From positions 2,208,001 to 2,272,000 of the forward strand of contig OZ223236.1 in NCBI GenBank assembly GCA_965140445.1: 64,000 nucleotides of DNA, in the 5' to 3' direction. A program made the position numbers and the translations under genes. Of the stretch, positions 1-9,191 are shown piece by piece; position 1 is the first letter of the stretch; every line of letters begins with the position of its first letter. This DNA is from Candidatus Ozemobacteraceae bacterium (lineage in GTDB: Bacteria; Muiribacteriota; Ozemobacteria; Ozemobacterales; Ozemobacteraceae). Below the pieces are notes generated by a model, which worked only from the letters and a program-made list of their open reading frames with translations, made no database searches and was not told the DNA's origin.

Positions 1-2756
1 TGAATAAAAACTGGCTTGAAAAAAACACCGAAGGTGAATCCGGTGAACTGGTAGGTTGGGATCGAGCGAAAAGCTTTGTTAATGATTTACGAACAGAGCT
101 ATCTTCGTTCCATCATTTAATTACGGATCTACTTTGTTCCTTCGAGATTGGCGATGATGGTAAAGTTCTTCCTGAATGGCACTATCATGGCGATAGCTTT
201 TTAGGCTATTCTGATGATGAAATTAATGAATCAGAATGGATTTTACGAATAATTCACCCGGCAGATTTTCTTCGCCTCAGAAAAACCTTTAAGATGATTA
301 TTGCAGGTTCTTCTGTTGTTTTTGAAGGAAAGTTTCAAGCAGCTTCTGGAGAATTTCATCTCCTTAGAGGCTATGGAAAGCCCCTTAAAGACCCGGTTAG
401 TGGCATGGTCGCTGGTGGCGTCATTGGCTACACAGATATCACTGAAAGCCTTCAAAACCCCAATGGAAAAATAGCTGACAACATATTAAATACTGTCTTT
501 GGGGCAAACATGGTGGTTTCTCCTACAGGCAAAATCATAGAAACTACCAGAGAAGCGGCATCGCTTTTTGGTGCCACTTCTGCAGAAACCATGAAAGATT
601 TATCTCTGTTCTCCCTTATTGACCCGTCACTTGGGGAGCGTCTTAAAGTTTTGTTGGCCTGTAACATCTCGGAAAAGGCCGAAATAGCTATTGATTTGAC
701 TTCTGGTCGTCAGCGCTGGCTTTCAATTAGTATTTTGCCAATTGAAAAGGGAGATGAGGGCGAGAATAACAAGTTCTTAATTTTTAAGGATATTACTGAA
801 GAACGTGAAAACCTGAAAATGATTCAGGAATCTGAAGCCAAATTCAGAGCGCTTGCCGAACATTCTCCCGGCGTAATTTTTATCCGGTTAAATGGTCAGA
901 CAATCTACGTAAATGAAAAATGTGAGCATGTTTTGGGCTATCCCAGAGAAATGGTTTATCGCTCGGATTTTAGAATCTCTAAACTTTTGGACCTGGATAA
1001 TGCTGAAGGCAAAATTGCAGAATTAGAGAGAACTCTTATCGAAATTGGTCATGCACAGGCCGAACTGCCAATGATCAAGGGAAATGGGGAAAAAATTGAT
1101 TGTCTCGTTTCTCTCCAGCATATGGATTTTAAAGGTCAAAGAGGAACTCTTGGTGTTATTACCGACATCAGCGAAGTAAAAAAAGCTCGCCAGGCGGTTT
1201 TAGAGCATAAAAAAAGATATTGGACCCTTTTCGATCTTTCTTCCGATGCCATATTTATTGAGACCCTTGATGGAGTAATTCTCGACTGCAATACTACGGC
1301 TGAAAATCTTTATGGATATACTAGAGAAGAACTTCTTGGAATGAATGCCAAAGACCTTGTGCCAGGCAGCTTTCATGCCTCGCTTGAGACAATTAATAAA
1401 GAAATTTCTTCAAAATCAGAGAATGAGGTTCGTTACCTTGTCGAATCGACAGGGGTTCGCAAAGATAAAACCATCTTTCAAACAGAAGTAGCAATAGTAT
1501 CAGCCGAAATTTCTGGCGAACAATGTTTTGTGGTAAATTGTCGCGATATTACTCGCCGTAAAGAAAACGAAGAAGCGAGACAACGCTATGAAAGCCAGAT
1601 TGATCAGCTTCAAAAACTAGAAAGTCTTGGTTTAATGGCTTCTGGCCTGGCAAACGATTTTAATAATTTGTTAACAGGCATAATGGGATATTCAGATCTA
1701 TTACAAAGGGATCTTCCAGAAGGATCGCCTGCAAGAGAAAAATCTCGAAAGATTATAGAAGCATCCAGAAAAGCAGGGGAAATTATACAGCAAATGCTCG
1801 CTTTTGCGGGCAATAGTGCGGGTAAATATCAACCAATAATTCTAAGCGATTTGATGAATGACATGCACTTGCTTGTTAAAGCTTCTTTGAATAAAAAATG
1901 CTCAATTGAGTTTGATTGTGCTCCAGACATTTTACCTATTAATCTGGACCCAGTTCAGATTCGCCAGGCGGTTGTCGCACTGGTCTCAAATGCTTGTGAT
2001 GCAAGCATAGAAGGAAATGGCAACATTGTCCTGAAAGTCAGCAATGGTAACAAGTCTTACAATGGAAATGAACCTGGTTACTTCGGGGTGCCCGTTGTAG
2101 CCGGCAAGCACGTGCGTTTAGAAATAAAAGATAATGGTTGTGGCATTCACCCTGAAGATTTAAAAAGAATTTTTGATCCATTTTACTCAACCAAGTTCTC
2201 TGGTCGTGGACTCGGTTTGACATCAATTCTTGGAGTTATTCGCAATCATTGCGGAGCAATTTATGTAGAAACCATACCAGGCGAGGGAAGCAGTTTTTCA
2301 ATCCTTCTGCCTGTAGATCAGAAAGAAAACTTAAGCGGGCCTATTAGCCTGGTTAATTACCGAGAGGCAAAGTATTCAGCTGGAACCGCATTAGTTGTTG
2401 ATGATGAAGAAAATGTCAGAGAAGTTTTAACAGCCCTCTTAGAGAAGCTTGGTTTTCGGGTATTAACCGCTGAAAACGGTAAAAAAGGACTAGAGGTATT
2501 TAAGCGCGAAGCCAAAAATATTCGTGTTGTCTTACTTGATATATCAATGCCGGAAATGAATGGGCTTGAAATGCTTAAACAACTTCGTTGGCTTAATCCG
2601 TATATTCCTGTTCTTATCTGCACTGGCTTAAACATAGAAGATAAAAAAGAATACGAAGATCTCGGCGTTGCTGGAATTGTGGAAAAACCATTTGAATTAC
2701 AGGAACTTGAAAAGTCCATTTTAAAGGCTCAACTAAAATATAGCTCCGCAGGCTAG
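1..2756 (+). CDS. Multi-PAS hybrid sensor histidine kinase / response regulator (5' partial)
   Basis: The frame of ORF 294..2756 stays open back to the window edge (NKNWLEKNT...). Several PAS/PAC repeats (DITEERE, DISEVKK, DITRRKE), HisKA-like region GLANDFNNLL (canonical H of AHDFNN appears as N), HATPase motifs (DNGCGI, FDPFYSTK, GRGLGL), C-terminal receiver (LVVDDE, LLDISMP, KPF). Confidence 0.92.
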   Translation, partial: NKNWLEKNTEGESGELVGWDRAKSFVNDLRTELSSFHHLITDLLCSFEIGDDGKVLPEWHYHGDSFLGYSDDEINESEWILRIIHPADFLRLRKTFKMIIAGSSVVFEGKFQAASGEFHLLRGYGKPLKDPVSGMVAGGVIGYTDITESLQNPNGKIADNILNTVFGANMVVSPTGKIIETTREAASLFGATSAETMKDLSLFSLIDPSLGERLKVLLACNISEKAEIAIDLTSGRQRWLSISILPIEKGDEGENNKFLIFKDITEERENLKMIQESEAKFRALAEHSPGVIFIRLNGQTIYVNEKCEHVLGYPREMVYRSDFRISKLLDLDNAEGKIAELERTLIEIGHAQAELPMIKGNGEKIDCLVSLQHMDFKGQRGTLGVITDISEVKKARQAVLEHKKRYWTLFDLSSDAIFIETLDGVILDCNTTAENLYGYTREELLGMNAKDLVPGSFHASLETINKEISSKSENEVRYLVESTGVRKDKTIFQTEVAIVSAEISGEQCFVVNCRDITRRKENEEARQRYESQIDQLQKLESLGLMASGLANDFNNLLTGIMGYSDLLQRDLPEGSPAREKSRKIIEASRKAGEIIQQMLAFAGNSAGKYQPIILSDLMNDMHLLVKASLNKKCSIEFDCAPDILPINLDPVQIRQAVVALVSNACDASIEGNGNIVLKVSNGNKSYNGNEPGYFGVPVVAGKHVRLEIKDNGCGIHPEDLKRIFDPFYSTKFSGRGLGLTSILGVIRNHCGAIYVETIPGEGSSFSILLPVDQKENLSGPISLVNYREAKYSAGTALVVDDEENVREVLTALLEKLGFRVLTAENGKKGLEVFKREAKNIRVVLLDISMPEMNGLEMLKQLRWLNPYIPVLICTGLNIEDKKEYEDLGVAGIVEKPFELQELEKSILKAQLKYSSAG

Positions 2757-2815
2757 TCTGAAGGTCAGCTCCACGCGGTTGCAGAAAACTCCGGCCAGCA
2801 TAATTGAACTAAAAC

Positions 2816-2848
2816 AAAAAACTCCCGAAATTAATCGGGAGTTTTTTT
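2816..2848. terminator. Bidirectional rho-independent terminator
   Basis: AAAAAACTCCCGA-aattaa-TCGGGAGTTTTTT between convergent genes. Confidence 0.85.
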
Positions 2849-2875
2849 ATAATCGAAAGTTTCGTTAGCTAGCTT

Positions 2876-3667
2876 TTATGGCTCAAATTCAAAAGCAACG
2901 ATTCTGCTTATGCATGATTCAAGCTCAATTGCTCTCCAAGGGAACAATCCAATCCAGGTTCTCTTATTATTGAGTTTTTCAATTTCTCCGCCGATGTTTT
3001 CAGCATGAACGATTCCTGCTGGGAACATCTTAAGATGCATTACCTGGTAGTATTCTTCCAATGGGAAGTATTCATCCCATTTCTGGCCATGAGTTTCCAG
3101 TAATTTGGCTTCAGCTTTGGCGAATTCTTTTGGATGCCAATCGCGAAGGATTGTATTCATTGGATGATCTGCAGAACCGCAGTCAACGCCGATCCATTTG
3201 AATTCCATTTCAAGTGCCCATTTGTGGAAATCAGCATTTGGGCCAGGATGTTTTACCATATATCTGACTTCGTCAGCTTTTGGCTGATCCCAGCTATATT
3301 TGTGGTAGCCAGTGTTGATGATAAGAATATCGCCTTTTTTGATATCGGCTTTTTTCATGAGCATTTCAGGAGAATAAAGTGAGTAATCACTTACTTCATC
3401 AGAAATGTCTACAACAACGCCATCGCCACACCATTCTTCAAGTGGAACTTCACCGATTGTTCTACCGTTTGCACAGAAATGGATTTCGCCATCAATGTGT
3501 GTTCCAACGTGGTTACTGGTTTTTATGATCTGGCCATTCGCACCCTGTCCCATATGAGCGCCGGCTAATCTTTTAAAATACTGCACCTGAAGGGGCATAT
3601 AGCTTGGCCATGGTGGGGTGTGAATACTAAGTCTCTGTGTTAAGTCATACATTTTTACTTTTGTCAT
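2876..3667 (-). CDS. Cyclase family metal-dependent amidohydrolase (kynurenine formamidase / isatin hydrolase-like)
   Basis: HVGTHIDG motif, GDILIINTG, IGVDCGSAD, HAENI. Start moved to MTKVKM after the AAAGGAG RBS. Confidence 0.88.
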   Translation of the reverse strand: MTKVKMYDLTQRLSIHTPPWPSYMPLQVQYFKRLAGAHMGQGANGQIIKTSNHVGTHIDGEIHFCANGRTIGEVPLEEWCGDGVVVDISDEVSDYSLYSPEMLMKKADIKKGDILIINTGYHKYSWDQPKADEVRYMVKHPGPNADFHKWALEMEFKWIGVDCGSADHPMNTILRDWHPKEFAKAEAKLLETHGQKWDEYFPLEEYYQVMHLKMFPAGIVHAENIGGEIEKLNNKRTWIGLFPWRAIELESCISRIVAFEFEP

Positions 3668-3698
3668 AGTTGTGACTCCTTTACGTATTTCTTCTATA

Positions 3699-4952
3699 TT
3701 ACTCGTCTTTGCAATAGGTTTCAACATAAGCTTCAAGAGCATCCTCAAAGCACTTCATTGGCGGATTTACCAATCCAGCGCCAACCTGACCTACGCCAGG
3801 TTCTTTATGAGCGATACCGGTGTTAATTTGAGGTGCGATATTTTTCTCGCACACCTTGAGAAGGTTAATTCCAATTGGAGAGCCTCTGAAATCAAGTGGT
3901 GGAATCTGGAATGATTGAGATTCACCATCAGTAATTTCATACATTTTCTGAGTGAAATTCATTGCATCAGCAACGCTTCCGCCAACAAATTTTACAATAG
4001 CTGGAGCGGCTGCCATTGAGAAACCGCCTAGTCCACAGGTTTCTGTGATAGCGCTGTCGCCGATGTCAGGGTTACAATCTTCTTCTGTGAATCCAGGAAA
4101 TAGTAACCCTTTAACAATAAGTGCTGGTCCGGTAAACCATTTGTCTTTCAGTCCAGCAACTCTGATTCCGAATTCTGTGCCGTTTCTTGCCATTGTGGTT
4201 ACAATGGTTGAACCTTCGATCCACTCGGCAGCCTGAAGCATTGCTTTACATGCTGGCATACTCAAATTCAAAAAGAAATGGTCATTTGAATGCATGAACG
4301 AAAGAACTCTTTCTTTATCAGCAGCAGGTGAATCAGATTTGGCAATGGCTGGAGCCAATTCTCTGATAAGCAAAGAAGTGGCGGCCTTGTTGCGGTTGTG
4401 AACTTCATCGCCCATTTGAAGAGCCTGAGCGATCATGTTTTTAAGATTGATTTCTGGTGTTTCTTTCAAAGCTTCTTTGAGAATTGGTGCCAGAGTTTTT
4501 TCAATCCATTTCAAGCGGGTGATAACTTCTTCTGAAAACGCGCCATAACGAAGAACTTTTCCAAGGCCTTCATTAAGTGTGCAGAAAGTTTTTCTACCGT
4601 TAGTTTTGTTCTCTACAATCCAGACTGGCATGCTGGCTGAGGCAACGCCGGCCATCGGGCCAACACCGTCATGTTCATGCCACGGAGCATATTCTATGTC
4701 TCCGCTTGCACCGAGTTTTTCGGCTTCCTGTTGGTTTGCAGCCAGTCCTTCATAAATGAGAGCGCCAATTACTGCACCCTTCATTGGGCCTGACATATTT
4801 TCCCATTTAAGCGGAGGTCCGGCGTGGAGGATCAAATTCTTTTTCATGCCAGGAACAACATCAATAGCTGTTCCAATGCCTTTTACTATTGGTTGTGCAG
4901 CTTGAATTGCTTCAATTGCTTTTGCATTGGCTTTTTGAATATCTATAGTCAT
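3699..4952 (-). CDS. ylbE: DUF1116 / YlbE (YahG) family protein, oxamate carbamoyltransferase subunit-like
   Basis: ILHAGPP, VGPMAG, LNEGLGKVLRYGA, MGDEVHNRN, DIGDSAITE, INTGIAH motifs. Start MTIDIQ after AAAGGAGG. Confidence 0.88.
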   Translation of the reverse strand: MTIDIQKANAKAIEAIQAAQPIVKGIGTAIDVVPGMKKNLILHAGPPLKWENMSGPMKGAVIGALIYEGLAANQQEAEKLGASGDIEYAPWHEHDGVGPMAGVASASMPVWIVENKTNGRKTFCTLNEGLGKVLRYGAFSEEVITRLKWIEKTLAPILKEALKETPEINLKNMIAQALQMGDEVHNRNKAATSLLIRELAPAIAKSDSPAADKERVLSFMHSNDHFFLNLSMPACKAMLQAAEWIEGSTIVTTMARNGTEFGIRVAGLKDKWFTGPALIVKGLLFPGFTEEDCNPDIGDSAITETCGLGGFSMAAAPAIVKFVGGSVADAMNFTQKMYEITDGESQSFQIPPLDFRGSPIGINLLKVCEKNIAPQINTGIAHKEPGVGQVGAGLVNPPMKCFEDALEAYVETYCKDE

Positions 4953-5155
4953 TATTTTTCCTCCTTTGGGAGTTTGCTCTGCCATCGGTAGATTTTTTCA
5001 AGAAGCGCTTGAATCTTCTTGTTTCCACCTGCTGGAGGACGCCATTCTACGTGAACCACATCGATGTTCTGGTGTTTGAGGTCATCAGCAAAACTTGGGA
5101 TTCCGAGATTAATAACACTTACTTTTTTACCGAAAAAATCGTTTAACTTTGCCAT
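4952..5155 (-). CDS. Small FdrA-domain protein (VINLG...F...L...V.W.PPAGG family)
   Basis: VINLGIPSFADDL...VHVEWRPPAGG, the segment found at the FdrA/YlbE junction; abuts both neighbours. Confidence 0.8.
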   Translation of the reverse strand: MAKLNDFFGKKVSVINLGIPSFADDLKHQNIDVVHVEWRPPAGGNKKIQALLEKIYRWQSKLPKEEK

Positions 5156-5158
5156 GTC

Positions 5159-6688
5159 TTAACCTCTCCCTTCTACGCATTTTTTTACAAAGTTGGCTAG
5201 TGATACGTTTGTTGGGAAAACCATAACGCCAGCTTTTTCAAGAATTTCTTTCTGGCTGCTGTAGCCTTGTGGGTCGTCTTGAGTTCCGCAGATACATGCT
5301 GCATAAACTGGTTTTCGCTTGGTTTTAACGTCTGCCTGAGATATGGCATACATCATTTGAGAAGCCATATCCATGTTTGCGCCATAGCCCAATACCACGT
5401 CAAAGAAGATCAGTCCAACATCTGGATCGGCAGCTTCCTGAACCAATCTTTCGATTCTGTAGTCTGGATCAATCATTGGATGAGCGCGGCCACGGGTAAA
5501 CTGGTCATCACCAAGATCAACTATGGTGTTGCCAACGCTTTTGTATGCATCATCAAGCTTCTTGCAGCCTTTTACTGGAGTATTGGAATAGATCTCGCCT
5601 AATGCTGGCATTAATACTCTCTGGGCTTCATCGCAAAGTGTTCCACCAGAGAAAAGGCCGCGAACCATTTTTCCAGGCATTTTTGCGTGTTTTGCCATGT
5701 CAGCGCAGAGGCTTTCGGCAAATTCTGGCTCAATATTCTGGCCTTTGGCTCTTTCAACCGCTTTTATTGCCGCATCTTCAAGATTTTTCGCAGCTACAAA
5801 ACCGTGTTTTTCAATTTCCTTTGGATCGGCACCAATAAAATAAATGATGATATTGCTGCTGATACCGGTAATTTCATTATAGAGTTTTTCAAGAACCGAT
5901 TCTGCCGGTGGCTTGGAAAGAAGAACGATAACCTTGGTGTCAGGGTCTTCTGCAAGTGCTTTTGTAGCCATGATAGTCATCAATCCACCGATTTTTTCGG
6001 ATAGATCACGACCGCCAACACCGATTGCCTGGCTGATTCCGCCGCCAAGTCGATGAATTGTGCTGCTAACTTCCTGCAAACCAGTTCCAGAAGCAGCTAC
6101 AATGCCGATGTTTCCTTTGCGCACCACATTGGAAAATGCGAGAGGGGTGTTATTTATAATGGCGGTTCCACAGTCTGGACCCATTACTAACAGGCCTTTT
6201 TCAACGCCCTTCTGTTTGAGTTTCAATTCTTCTTCGATGGTGACATTGTCTGAGAAAAGCATTACATGCATGTTGTTGTCCAATGCTTTTTCCGCTTCTC
6301 TTGCTGCATATTCACCAGGAATCGATATTTGAACAACATTTGCTTCCGGAAGCTTTTCAAGGGCGCCTTCCATGTTTACTGGTGCCATTTCCGCAGTGGC
6401 CCCTGAAGCTTTCTTCTTGCTGGTGAGCAATCTTTCAGCTTCATCAAGTCCCATCTGGGCGTTAGCTACGTCGCTTCCACGAACACACAAAACCAGGTCG
6501 TTTGGAGTTAAATCCTTGAATTCTGGCAAAAACATATCCAGTCTTTTGAGACTATCCATGTTGTAGTCTGTTCCCATTCCCACGACAACGTTGTCGATTC
6601 CGTCCAGTTTCTTTACCTGAGTTCCAATTAACATCAGGGTAACAGAGTCAAAATATGTCTGTTTCTTGATCAGGTGGCGTATTACCAT
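5159..6688 (-). CDS. fdrA: Acyl-CoA synthetase-like protein FdrA
   Basis: YFDSVTLM, FSDNV, MGPDCGTA, ASGTGLQE, GGRDLS, GLFSGGTLCDE, DLGDDQFTRGRAHPMIDP. Confidence 0.92.
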   Translation of the reverse strand: MVIRHLIKKQTYFDSVTLMLIGTQVKKLDGIDNVVVGMGTDYNMDSLKRLDMFLPEFKDLTPNDLVLCVRGSDVANAQMGLDEAERLLTSKKKASGATAEMAPVNMEGALEKLPEANVVQISIPGEYAAREAEKALDNNMHVMLFSDNVTIEEELKLKQKGVEKGLLVMGPDCGTAIINNTPLAFSNVVRKGNIGIVAASGTGLQEVSSTIHRLGGGISQAIGVGGRDLSEKIGGLMTIMATKALAEDPDTKVIVLLSKPPAESVLEKLYNEITGISSNIIIYFIGADPKEIEKHGFVAAKNLEDAAIKAVERAKGQNIEPEFAESLCADMAKHAKMPGKMVRGLFSGGTLCDEAQRVLMPALGEIYSNTPVKGCKKLDDAYKSVGNTIVDLGDDQFTRGRAHPMIDPDYRIERLVQEAADPDVGLIFFDVVLGYGANMDMASQMMYAISQADVKTKRKPVYAACICGTQDDPQGYSSQKEILEKAGVMVFPTNVSLANFVKKCVEGRG

Positions 6689-6855
6689 TCCTATTCCTGG
6701 CTCCTTTTCTGTATCTATTTGGCAATAAAAAAGCCATGTCTATTGCTATAAAGAAAATAATAGAACTTTCTCCCCAGCTTGTAAACTTTAGTTCCACCAT
6801 TTTTAAAATGTTTCTTATAATTGGGTGTTAAATGTAAAATACGATTTAGAATTCT

Positions 6856-6885
6856 TTGATTCGGGGAAAGGTTGCTGCGTATAAT
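6856..6885 (+). promoter_or_regulatory. Possible sigma70 promoter
   Basis: TTGATT-18 nt-TATAAT upstream of the 6939 gene. Confidence 0.4.
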
Positions 6886-6938
6886 TCAGCATCATCAATG
6901 TTTTGATTTCCAAAAGATACTTTGAGAAGGAAGTTTGT

Positions 6939-7565
6939 ATGAAAAGCTTTTATCGTTTTTTGCTTATCTGTGTTTTCCTTATTCCAGCATCTCTAATGGC
7001 TGAAGAACCCATGAAACTACGGGTAGAAAGGCTATCCAGTTATAGTCCAAATAAAGGCTGGTATGTGGGGGAGGCGTTGGTTGAAAAGCAGGGAACTGAG
7101 GGAAAATTGCGATTTTTGATCGGAACAGAAACCGACGTAGTAGATCATTATAACGCTGATTTGACCGCCAATTCAAAGTTTCAGTCATTGGTTTACACCA
7201 TGCAGAATGTGCCGCAAATTTATGTTTTACACGGTTTCAGCGGAAGCGGAGCGGACGATGTCAGAGGCATGAAAATTTCAAAAGCGGTTATGGAAAGAGT
7301 AGGGGAGGAAAACCAGATAAACATTGAGGTTGAAATTCCCCAGGTTGCCTATAGTCCTTTTGGTGAGAGAATTGGAACCTGCGATGTTTCCTATATGAAT
7401 TATCGGGTTTTTCTTGACGAACTACCGGCTGGAACCTACAAGGTTAACTGTGTTAGAAAAACGGTCCATATAGAACGTGTGGCTGGAAGAATGAAATCCG
7501 AAGCAGACAAGATTACTAAAACTGATATTGAGCAGCTTAAAACCTTCCAACTCCAACTTAATTGA
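6939..7565 (+). CDS. Hypothetical secreted protein
   Basis: Signal peptide MKSFYRFLLICVFLIPASLMA; no recognised domain. Confidence 0.7.
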   Translation: MKSFYRFLLICVFLIPASLMAEEPMKLRVERLSSYSPNKGWYVGEALVEKQGTEGKLRFLIGTETDVVDHYNADLTANSKFQSLVYTMQNVPQIYVLHGFSGSGADDVRGMKISKAVMERVGEENQINIEVEIPQVAYSPFGERIGTCDVSYMNYRVFLDELPAGTYKVNCVRKTVHIERVAGRMKSEADKITKTDIEQLKTFQLQLN

Positions 7566-7573
7566 GAAAAATA

Positions 7574-8386
7574 ATGAAACAACTATTTAGAAAACTTTTC
7601 CAGGTATCTTTTATTGCTCTATTAGCTTCTGTCTCTGTAACAGCGAGTGCGCAGTTAATCAAGGCAAAGAACGAGTGGGGGAAAATCTTTCGCGTTCACC
7701 ACGCAACCGGAACCTTTGTTCTTCACGATTTAAATGCTGATACCTACAAGGCTTACAACTTGGATAGAGCCATTAAGCCATTTATCCCTGCTTCCACTTT
7801 TAAAATTGCCAATTCCCTGATAGCACTGGAATTGGGAGTGGTAAAAGATGAATTTGAAGAGTTCGAATGGGATGGAAAAACCAGAGAAATCAAATCCTGG
7901 AACAAAAACCATAACCTTAGAACCGCAATGAAATACTCTGTTGTGCCCATCTATCAGATAATAGCTAGAGAAATTGGCCCAGAGCGCATGAAAAAAGCAT
8001 TGGAAAACCTGAACTACGGCAATACTGATATTAGCGGCGGAATCGACCTTTTCTGGCTAAATGGGGGATTGCGAATCTCAGCCTTTGAACAGATTAAATT
8101 TTTGCGCCGGCTTTATAAAAATTCGCTACCCGTCTCCGAAAGAGCCCAACGAATCGTAAAAAAAATCATGCTCACCGAAGCCAAAAACGGCTACATAATA
8201 AGGGCTAAAACCGGATATGCAGCTAGAATAGAAGAAGAGGTCGGCTGGTGGGTAGGCTGGGTAGAAACTGACGACAACTGCTTCTTTTTTGCCCTGAACA
8301 TGAAAATGGACAGCCCAAAACAAATGAAAGACAGAATCACCATCGCCCGGGAAATACTGCAGTCAGAGGGGATTTTAACTGACTGA
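7574..8386 (+). CDS. blaOXA: Class D (OXA) beta-lactamase, OXA-48-like
   Basis: Signal peptide; PASTFK, YSVV, YGN, FWL, KTG, GWWVGWVE class D motifs. Confidence 0.93.
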   Translation: MKQLFRKLFQVSFIALLASVSVTASAQLIKAKNEWGKIFRVHHATGTFVLHDLNADTYKAYNLDRAIKPFIPASTFKIANSLIALELGVVKDEFEEFEWDGKTREIKSWNKNHNLRTAMKYSVVPIYQIIAREIGPERMKKALENLNYGNTDISGGIDLFWLNGGLRISAFEQIKFLRRLYKNSLPVSERAQRIVKKIMLTEAKNGYIIRAKTGYAARIEEEVGWWVGWVETDDNCFFFALNMKMDSPKQMKDRITIAREILQSEGILTD

Positions 8387-8407
8387 TTTTATAAAAAATC
8401 TACCCTC

Positions 8408-8839
8408 TTATTCATAATCCAGATAGTCAGATTTATATGGATACTTTGCCATTGCTGTTTTATGCGGATTGAACCCAACATTTTTGTAAAAGTTTTCGTT
8501 CCCAAATGTCGAAGTCAGATGCAGGCAAAGATGGTCATTCCCTTCAATTAGCCTTGTTATCAACCCGTTCCCAATTCCTTTTTTTTGATATTTTGGTAAA
8601 ACACCCAAATCGAATATCATTCCATAGCAAATCCCATCCGAAACCATTCTCCCAGCCCCAACTAATCTATCTCCCTCCCAGACAGTAACTACCTTAAAGC
8701 TATTCAAAAAGGCCGCCTTAATTTTATCTATTTCTCTTTTCTTGCCCAGCCCTCTGATCAACCCTATTTCTTCATAAAGATCTGTAAGCTGTTCCCAATC
8801 AATTTTGTCAACGCCAATATGGTATTTCAATTCTTCCAT
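8408..8839 (-). CDS. GNAT family N-acetyltransferase
   Basis: VLPKYQKKGIG acetyl-CoA motif, FYKNVGF. Start MEELKY after GGAGG. Confidence 0.88.
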   Translation of the reverse strand: MEELKYHIGVDKIDWEQLTDLYEEIGLIRGLGKKREIDKIKAAFLNSFKVVTVWEGDRLVGAGRMVSDGICYGMIFDLGVLPKYQKKGIGNGLITRLIEGNDHLCLHLTSTFGNENFYKNVGFNPHKTAMAKYPYKSDYLDYE

Positions 8840-9060
8840 GTCATCCTCCATCAATCACTAACAGAATATCGCCAGGCAAGAATTCCTTAGGATCATCAAG
8901 ATAACTATTTTCCATAAATTATACTAATTCCGTATAACCACCAAAATAAACAAATAATGATTCACAGTATCCAAAATTTGGAGTTTTTTTCTCATTAAGC
9001 AATTTGCTGGTTAGTTTTTTTGGTAAATATCATTACAATGTAGAATCAAGAAAAAAACAA

Positions 9061-9073
9061 TTGTTAGAATTAC
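9061..9073 (+). repeat. Left junction of putative gene cassette (13-bp inverted match to 13074-13086)
   Basis: TTGTTAGAATTAC (9061-9073) is the exact reverse complement of GTAATTCTAACAA (13074-13086) and contains a G|TT core. Confidence 0.65.
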
Positions 9074-9191
9074 TTAAGAAAAGAATAATCTAATGATGTC
9101 ATTTCAATGCTCCTTTGCTTAAATATAGCTTAAGTCACTTTAAACAAACAATATTGGGCCGAAATATTTTTAGAGGAAAAGAACTATTAAA

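Noticed and set aside
7574..8410. blaOXA as a mobile cassette or IS-associated gene
   Set aside because: No attC, inverted repeats or transposase next to it.
8856..8880. Minus-strand GTTAG just upstream of the GNAT gene as a cassette start
   Set aside because: No matching R'' or stem was found.
8932..9016. Possible second attC upstream of gajA (GTATAAC...GTTAGTT)
   Set aside because: The ends pair imperfectly, the L boxes do not match and the region is very AT-rich; too weak to call.
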